Below are positions 23,901 through 29,897 of a DNA stretch of 29,897 bases, piece by piece. The notes under the pieces are model-generated. The model ran no database searches. It was not told the origin of the DNA and was given only the letters and a program-made list of their open reading frames with translations. The stretch is from Prasinococcaceae sp. CCMP 1430 (Eukaryota; Plantae; Prasinodermophyta). Positions within the stretch are counted from its first letter, which is position 1. The number at the start of each line of letters is the position of its first letter. The stretch is taken from positions 64,630 to 94,526 of the forward strand of contig RQSC01001094.1 of NCBI GenBank assembly GCA_013416795.1, in the 5' to 3' direction. Both the position numbers and the translations under genes were made by a program.

Positions 23901-25276
23901 CTCTGACGCCTGCGGGAGCCGGCTCGAGCCGTGGCAAGGAGCGCGACGAGGGGAGGCTCGTATTTTCCTTCGATTCGAACGACGAAGGCGGCGCCTTTGT
24001 GAAGTTTTGCGAGACGCACCGCACGCTCATCAACGCGTACGTGCGCCAGGCGAAGGCCCTCGAGGGCCCCCTCGAGCCTCTCGCGCGGGTGCCGAGGCTG
24101 CTCGACTTCGACAACAAGCGCGCATTTTTCAGGCACAGGGTCCGCCAGCACGCCGCCGGCGAGCGAGGCGGCACGCTGCGCGTGAACGTGCGCCGCGCCT
24201 TCGTTCTCGAGGACTCATTCCACCAGCTGCGGATGCGCACCCCCGCGGAAATGCGCGGCAAGCTGCAGGTGCAGTTCGCCGGTGAGGAGGGCATCGATGC
24301 CGGTGGCCTCACACGCGAGTGGTTCGGCTGCCTGTGCAAGGAGATTTTTAAGGCGAACTACGCGCTCTTCAGCTCGTCCTCGGCGGCGGGGACGACCTTC
24401 CAGCCCAACCCTCTGAGCTATGTGAACAGTGAGCACCTGAGCTACTTCAAATTTGTCGGGCGCATCGTCGGCAAGGCCATCTACGACGGCCACCTGATGG
24501 ACGCCCACTTCACGCGCTCGTTCTACAAGCACATGCTGGGAATGCCCATGACATTTCACGACGTTGAGGCCGTGGACCCCGCCTTTTACAAGACGCTCGT
24601 GTGGATGCTCGACAATGACATCACGGACGTCCTCGACCTGACCTTCACGGCCGAGGCCGACGAGTTCGCCAAGCACCTCTTCGGTGAGGACAATTCGCTT
24701 GCCAAGACTGTCGAGCTCAAGCCCGGCGGCGCGGAGATCGCGGTGACGGAGGAGAACAAGCACGAGTACGTGGCATTAATATCGGAGTACAAGATGATTG
24801 GCGCGATCCGCACGCAGATGCGCGAATTCCTCTCAGGCTTTCACGACATCGTGCCCCGCCACCTGATCAGCATCTTCGACGACAACGAGCTCGAGCTACT
24901 GCTTAGTGGATTGCCCGAGGTTGACCTGGACGACATGCGCGCCCACACGGACTACCACGGCTACTCGGCCGGCAGCAAGCAGATCACGTGGTTCTGGGAC
25001 GTCGTGCGCTCGCTCGAGAGCGAGGACCTGGCCCGCCTGCTGCTGTTCATCACGGGTACATCCAAGGTGCCGCTGGAGGGCTTCGCCGCCCTGGCAGGCA
25101 TCCAGGGGCCGCAGCGCTTCAACATCCACCGGGTGCAGGGGGAGACTGACAGGCTTCCCGCAGCCCACACGTGCTTCAACCAGCTGGACCTCCCGGAGTA
25201 CGAGAGCCGCCAGCAGCTCAAGGAGAAGCTGCTCACCGCCATCCAGGAGTGCGCCGGCGGCTTCGGCTTCGGCTGA
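11920..25276 (+). CDS. UPL1: UPL1/2-HUWE1-Tom1-type HECT E3 ubiquitin ligase, join(11920..12000,12266..25276), ~4,363 aa
   Basis: The spliced N-terminus KRYKARKGREEV|PPPIAAFIASV...FKWCFDDKGDFYHWVELFNFFD matches the UPL1 N-terminus. It is followed by armadillo-like DUF908/913-type regions, UBA, an acidic tract, UBM repeats and a C-terminal HECT domain ending RLPAAHTCFNQLDLPEY...GFGFG. Confidence 0.96.
12001..12265 (+). other. Spliceosomal intron (265 nt, phase 0) in the HECT ligase gene
   Basis: GTGCGT donor, CTGAC branch-like motif near 12216, C-rich body and CTCGCAG acceptor. Splicing restores the conserved N-terminus in frame. Confidence 0.88.
16358..16468 (+). other. UBA domain of the HECT ligase
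   Basis: VASICEMGFSEARARHALRQVGSDSLDLALEWIFSHP (MGF loop). Confidence 0.85.
19433..19859 (+). repeat. Asp/Glu-rich low-complexity tract (GAC/GAT/GAG repeats) in the HECT ligase
   Basis: DDDEEDSDDEDEDDDDDEED...; a central acidic region is typical of the HUWE1/Tom1/UPL1 family. Confidence 0.9.
21518..21920 (+). repeat. Ubiquitin-binding motif (UBM/DUF4414-type) repeats
   Basis: VDPSFLEALPPELRAEV, LDPEFLSALPPELQAEV, ASFPRELREEV and FIASLPPSLRAEA. Confidence 0.85.
24176..25276 (+). other. HECT catalytic domain, catalytic Cys codon at 25172-25174
   Basis: FAGEEGIDAGGLTREWF, FKFVGRIVGKAIYDG, FITGTSKVPLEGF and AHTCFNQLDLP. Confidence 0.95.
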
Positions 25277-25331
25277 TGTCGCCGGCGGCCTGCGTTGGTT
25301 GCTTAATGATGATACATTTACTGCTTAACAG

Positions 25332-25336
25332 TTACA
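25332..25336 (-). terminator. Candidate TGTAA poly(A) signal for the methyltransferase gene
   Basis: TTACA on + lies 58 nt beyond the minus-strand stop, in an AT-rich patch. TGTAA is the established chlorophyte signal. Confidence 0.4.
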
Positions 25337-25393
25337 CGTACACACGCGCGCACGCACACACGAACACGCAAGCGCGCGCGGCCTGTGGCCTCG

Positions 25394-26002
25394 TCACCAC
25401 ACGCCGGGCAGAATTTTGTGCGGCGTTGCCTCACAAAACCTGGCCCACTGCTCCCCATGCCTCTCCTCAAGCCACGCCTCCTCGAGCGCCGACTTCTCGT
25501 CGAAGACCTTGGCCAGCGCCGCCGTGAGTAGCACTCGCGAAAGGCTGCCAGTTATGACGGTGACGCCGGCGCATCCACACAGGACGCCGAAGTACATCGG
25601 GTGTCGCACAAGCGCATACGCGCCGCTGGTCTTGAGCTCGCACGCCTCCTCCCGCGGTTCGGGGAGGTGCCACAGCGAGTCGCTCAGCGAGAGAACTCCC
25701 CACGCCGCGGCACCCATCCCCCCCAGGAGCGCGGCCTTTCCTGCAAGCACGGCCGCGTGCGCGTCCAGCCCGTATACCGACCACTCCACCGGCGGAAACG
25801 CCACCCCCAGCGACAGCGCGATCTGCGCCGCAAAGAGCGCCACGCCGGCCGCGCGGCGGCGCTCCTCGTCGCCAGCATGCACGACACAGACTCTGTGTAC
25901 AAGGTTTGAAGATTGGTTTGGTAGGAAGTATATGGTTTCTGGAAAGAAACCCCATACCAAGAATTCAAACGAGAGGAAGAAAGACTTCCTGAGGGTGACC
26001 AT
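25394..26002 (-). CDS. Isoprenylcysteine carboxyl/phospholipid methyltransferase family membrane protein (5' end uncertain)
   Basis: LKTSGAYALVRHPMYFG and EEAWLEERHGEQWARF motifs with hydrophobic helices. First in-frame ATG at 26002. Confidence 0.82.
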   Translation of the reverse strand: MVTLRKSFFLSFEFLVWGFFPETIYFLPNQSSNLVHRVCVVHAGDEERRRAAGVALFAAQIALSLGVAFPPVEWSVYGLDAHAAVLAGKAALLGGMGAAAWGVLSLSDSLWHLPEPREEACELKTSGAYALVRHPMYFGVLCGCAGVTVITGSLSRVLLTAALAKVFDEKSALEEAWLEERHGEQWARFCEATPHKILPGVW

Positions 26003-26046
26003 CGACGACGAAGCAAGCCGGCGCGGCACGCGTACAGTGTCCGCGC

Positions 26047-27258
26047 GTGGGCGTGCAGGCACCGGCGCGCCGCATTGCCGTCGCCGCCAGTGGGGGCGGT
26101 GGGGGCGGAGGGGAAGTGACCGGAGGTGACGTGCCCTCGGCGGCCGACGCTGCGAATGCGGTGGAAGCCGCGTCGCCCAGTCTGCTACGCCGCGCGGTGG
26201 GTCTTTGGCCGCTCGCTGCACTGTGGGCTGCGAACCGCCACGAGCCACCGTCGGAGGATGCTCCTCTCGTGCTCGATGACGCGCAGTGGCGGCAGCTGGT
26301 GCGTGTGCGCGAGAGCTTGTGGCATGTATAGGCGCACGCAACGGCGGCACGACCGCTGAGAATGCTGGCGCCTGGCGATGCCCGCCAACGGGCCACGTGT
26401 GTCGTGGCCGCGCGTGGCCACACCTGACGCTCGTGCCCCCCCCATCCCCACGACACACACACCACCACCACCACCACCACCACACACTCGCCCCACCTCT
26501 CCCATCCACCCACCCTCTCACGCACATACACTGTGCGCGCGCACGCAGCTAGATGACGCGCAGTGGCGGCAGCTGGTGCGTGTGCGCGAGAGCTTGTGGC
26601 ATGTATGGGCGCACGCGACGGCGGCACGACCGCTGAGAATGCTGGCGCCTGGCGATGCCCGCCAACGGCCCACGTGTGTCGTGGCCGCACGTGGCCACAC
26701 CTGACGCTCGTGCTCCCCCCATCCCCACGACACACACACACATACACCACCACCACCACCACGGTGTGAGCGGGGTGGAGAGGGTAGGTGGGTGGGAGAG
26801 TGCGTGTATGTGACACGCCGCGCACGCAGCTGACGCCAGCCGAGTACGACGTGCTCAGGAACTGGGGCACGGAGTTCTCCGGCAGCTCCCCGCTGGACAA
26901 GCTCTACAAACCAGGCACTTACGTGTGCAAGGCGTGCAACACCCCCCTGTGGCGGTCGGAGGACAAGTTCGACTCTGGCACGGGCTGGCCGAGCTTCTCC
27001 GACCACCTCCCCGGCGCGATCGACAAGACGGTTCAGTTGCTCTACCTCATCGGCGACTTCGGCTGCCGCGAGGTGCGATGTCATCACTGTGCGTCGCATC
27101 AGGGGCACGTGTTCAGCGACGGTCCGCCGCCCACAGGCAAGCGCTACTGCATCAACGGCGTCGCCATCGACTTCGTCCCGGAGGGCGAGCCACTGCCAAA
27201 AGTGCGCGCCGCGGACGACATCGACGTGCGCGCTGCAGCTGTCACTGCACGCGAGTGA
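26047..27258 (+). CDS. msrB: Peptide methionine-R-sulfoxide reductase B; exons ...26298, (26549-26575), 26830-27258; start unresolved
   Basis: Spliced LDDAQWRQL|[15 protein letters not shown], two Zn-binding CxxC pairs (CKAC, CHHC), [17 protein letters not shown] and catalytic RYCING. GTGCGT donors and GCACGCAG acceptors. Confidence 0.92.
26272..26829 (+). repeat. Tandem duplication of 27 nt of exon plus a whole intron (277 + 281 nt)
   Basis: Copies 26272-26548 and 26549-26829 align with 6 substitutions in the first ~170 nt, (CA)/(CCA) microsatellite length changes and one complemented block. Confidence 0.95.
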
Positions 27259-27789
27259 GTGGTGAGAGCGCTGAGAGTCACTTGTCCAGAAAGGAGAGTC
27301 CACTACGGTGGTTTGTGTCACCAGCGGCGAGCGTCCAGGGCGCCACGCGGGGCTGACGAGCGCGCTCGCCACATAGAATCAGGCGTGGGAGGGCGCAGTG
27401 CGCGAGTCTGCATGTGCGCGTGTTTGCGTTTGTGCTTGTTGGTGTGTATGTGTGCGCGCGGCGCGTGTCGCCAGCTGGTACGTCATCGCGCTGCAGCCGC
27501 AGCCTCCTCTGCGGCGGTCCTCTTCGCGATCGTCCTCGCGCCCCGCTCGCGGGCTCTGGGTATCAACAGTCGCGCACGGACGTCGGCGAGTCGGAATTCC
27601 GTGGACCGGTCGCGGGAGTCCTCGCCGTTGCAGAAGCCGACGAACTTTCGCCACGTGCCACCCTCGTGGCACGCCTGCTCGGGCGCAGCAAGCTGTCAGC
27701 CCGCATGATGCGGCGCAGCGCAGGGCAGGGCGGGGCGGCGCGGCGCAGCAAACAACATCGCGGCGCGACACGGCGTCGACGCCTGCTGC

Positions 27790-29040
27790 CCACCTTAAGA
27801 GCACGGATCGCCTCGACGCACGCCGGGTGCGCGACCTCATCGAGGTGGGGATGCATCGCCCAGCGCGGCGCGGCGCCGCCTGCGCCGGCCCAGACGCGCC
27901 GCTGACCCCGATGGTGCGCACCCCCTGTGGCGCGTGTACCGCGGCGTCGCAGCCGCTGGGCCACGCGCGCTCCGCCTACGCCCTCCCCCAAACAATCCTC
28001 CCGCGCGCACAAAGACAAACTGCCCAGCGGCAGCGCCTCCGCACTCGTCTTCGGGCGCATGCGGTGTGGCAGGCGCATACGCGCAGGATCTGCAGATGTG
28101 CGCGCGCTTGCCGGGATGCCACTTGGCACGCGGCGGGCGGGGCGCCGCGTTGACGGGGCAGGGGGCGCGAGGCGCCCGCGGGTGGCGATGGGGCTCAACG
28201 CCGGGGCCGAAGACGCGGCGCCAGCGCAGCGGCGCGCGCCTGTGCGCGCCGCTGGAGCTGCGACAGATGTGCCTGCGGCTGGCATCGATGCAGCGGACGC
28301 GGCGGCTGCCCTCACCGCGCGCCAGCTCGGTTCCATGGCGATGCCTGGGCCTGACCCATCGATGATCAGGAGCGTCGGCGTCGCCAGCGAGTTGCTCCTC
28401 GCCGTGGCGGAGCGCCCGCGTTGGTACATGAGCTTGAAACTCCTCCGGAAGTTCCTCACGCACGCGTGGCCCGCGCACAGCACCGATTGAGCGGCTGTCG
28501 CGCGTGCTGCACGCGCTTGAGTGTCGTGGCCTGACCCCCACTGTGGCCCGTGCCCCACCGCCACCGCGCACTTGCGCACCTCCGCACAGGTATACCTCAG
28601 TAGTTGGTGTCTCGGCCGAGAGGGAGTTTGCGCTCGCCGCAGCACAGTTCGCTGCAGGACAGAGCGCTTGCTCGGCCGAGGCGCGCGCAAGGCTCCGGCG
28701 CGACGCTTGAGTGGAGCTGTCTGGCCTGGAACGGCTGCAGCAACTCGCATGGCAGAAGGACGAGCAGCTGAAAGCGAGGCACACCGCGATGCTACAGATT
28801 GCACGCAGATCCGAGGCCCTGCGCTCTGCCGGGTGCTGCGAGGAGAGGGAATGCAACTGCGCTCTAGGTACTGGCCACATGCTCGAGGCGCAGGAAGACC
28901 TCGTCGCCATGGTGGGGGCGGACGAGGACGTTCGACGCGAGGCGTACCGGGCGCTGGAGGACGTGGTCAGCCGAATACAGGAGTACGTCGACACCTTCCG
29001 AGAAGAGCTCACTGACGCAACGGAGAGCGGCGAGCTGTGA
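27790..29040 (+). CDS. Probable multi-exon gene of unknown function, structure unresolved, with an in-frame TGA at 28708-28710 (possibly a pseudogene or sequence error)
   Basis: Coding-like segments HLKSTDRLDARRVRDLIEVG, ELLLAVAERPRWYMSLKLLRKFLTHA|YTSVVGVSAERE (putative intron 28466-28589) and ELSGLERLQQ...FREELTDATESGEL. An AT-rich patch follows the final stop. Confidence 0.45.
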
Positions 29041-29261
29041 TTGTATTATTATCATTCGACCCCGTCGAGCCAGGCGCGTGTCGCTTCGCGCCCGCGCGGC
29101 GCCTTCGTGAGCTGGGGCAGGAGGCACGAGACCGGCAGCGGAACGCGCTGTTAGCGCCCCCTGCGCCTCCGCACCCTGCTACTTCCACGGCTCTTGCTCC
29201 CTCCACCTGCACCCCGGCGGTCACGGAGCTGCGGCAGTTTGTTTGGTGGCCGTCCTCTGCG

Positions 29262-29897
29262 TCAGGGCTTGCTGAAATTGGCCGCGCCCGGTGCGCCCGC
29301 GGCGGGGCCGCTGCCCGCGGACGGGAAGAGCGGCGCTGACGATGCTGGCGGTGCGGACGCTCCTCCAAAGAGCGTACCACCCAGTGGGCTCTTCCCTGCG
29401 TCGCCCTTCGACGCGTCCGCGCCGAAGTCTGTGCCACCAAACGTCGCTGTCTTCTTGGCGGCTGATGCCGTCGGGGCCTCGACGCCGAATAGCCCAGCAC
29501 CAGCAGGCGTCGCTCCCGCCGGGGTTTGCTCACCGCCCAACGCCACTGCCGCAGCCGGTGCGACAGCAACCACGGCTGGCAGAGGCTCAGGGGCGTCTTC
29601 GAAGCCCTCGAACGGATCGTAGTCGTCCAGTCCACCACCTGCTCCAATACCCTGCGTTGCGCCCTTGCCGCCGCCACCTCCAGCGGCGGCTGCAGCGAGA
29701 CCGCCGCCGTCGCGACTGCCACCACCTCTTCTGCCAAGCACGCTGCTGAAGCTCTGCGCGAGGTTGCGCATCTTCCTCCGCACCGCATGGGCCTTACGTC
29801 TGCCCTCCGTCCCGGCCCGGTCGCCTGCCACTACCGGCCGCCCACGCACCCGCTGCGCCTGCGCCTGCGCGGCTGCGGCCGCGGCCGCGGCGACGCG
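29262..29897 (-). CDS. 3' end of a gene entering from the right edge; low-complexity Gly/Ala tail
   Basis: The frame is open to the window edge: ...MRNLAQSFSSVLG...DDYDPFEGFEDAPE...ANFSKP*. No family recognised. Confidence 0.6.
   Translation of the reverse strand, partial: RVAAAAAAAAQAQAQRVRGRPVVAGDRAGTEGRRKAHAVRRKMRNLAQSFSSVLGRRGGGSRDGGGLAAAAAGGGGGKGATQGIGAGGGLDDYDPFEGFEDAPEPLPAVVAVAPAAAVALGGEQTPAGATPAGAGLFGVEAPTASAAKKTATFGGTDFGADASKGDAGKSPLGGTLFGGASAPPASSAPLFPSAGSGPAAGAPGAANFSKP

Noticed and set aside
26272-26829. Repeat pair as a CRISPR array or autonomous mobile element
   Set aside because: Only two ~280-nt copies, no spacers, no cas or transposase gene, and the context is eukaryotic intron sequence.
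27140-27160. MsrB as a selenoprotein (SelR type)
   Set aside because: The catalytic codon is TGC (Cys) and the ORF has no in-frame TGA.
1084-27258. Gene neighbourhood as a functional cluster (PPTase, PLP enzyme, methyltransferase, MsrB)
   Set aside because: These are housekeeping-type genes separated by unrelated nuclear genes. There is no PKS, NRPS or carrier protein and no shared pathway logic visible.
27400-27475. A second complement-only block (the complement of this TG-rich stretch resembles an acceptor, CACACGCGCGCCGCGCACAG)
   Set aside because: There is no reference copy to test against. TG/CA-rich noncoding DNA occurs naturally here (e.g. 25335-25380) and low-complexity GC repeats give such matches by chance.
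27630-27665. CRIB-like peptide QKPTNFRHV
   Set aside because: It lacks the leading IS and second His of the motif, and the frame is not established as coding.
206-29849. The many overlapping Arg/Ala/Pro-rich ORFs in the track
   Set aside because: They are shadow ORFs caused by stop-codon scarcity at very high GC. They lack motifs and overlap better-supported genes.

Overview
This is a very GC-rich, gene-dense eukaryotic scaffold segment with two N gaps. The plant-type genes, GTGCG...CGCAG introns and a TGTAA motif suggest a compact green-algal (prasinophyte-grade) genome, which is an inference only. Gene order: Sfp-type phosphopantetheinyl transferase (+), ATAD5/ELG1 (-), an orphan (+), a PLP-dependent aluminium-resistance/YnbB-family enzyme (-), a DUF6940-like protein (-), an SDH6-like protein (-), a KIX-domain exon (-), a ~4,360-aa UPL1/HUWE1/Tom1-type HECT ligase (+, with a first exon the ORF track misses), an ICMT/PEMT-family methyltransferase (-), MsrB (+), an unresolved interrupted gene (+) and the 3' end of a further gene (-). 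The strangest signal is in msrB. A ~280-bp exon-end+intron unit is tandemly duplicated, and 55 nt of the second copy are the exact base-by-base complement, NOT reversed, of the first copy. No known templated copying makes this, so a data artefact is the leading explanation until raw reads are checked. I could not demonstrate a new multi-gene system. No RNA genes, CRISPR arrays or transposase genes were seen.
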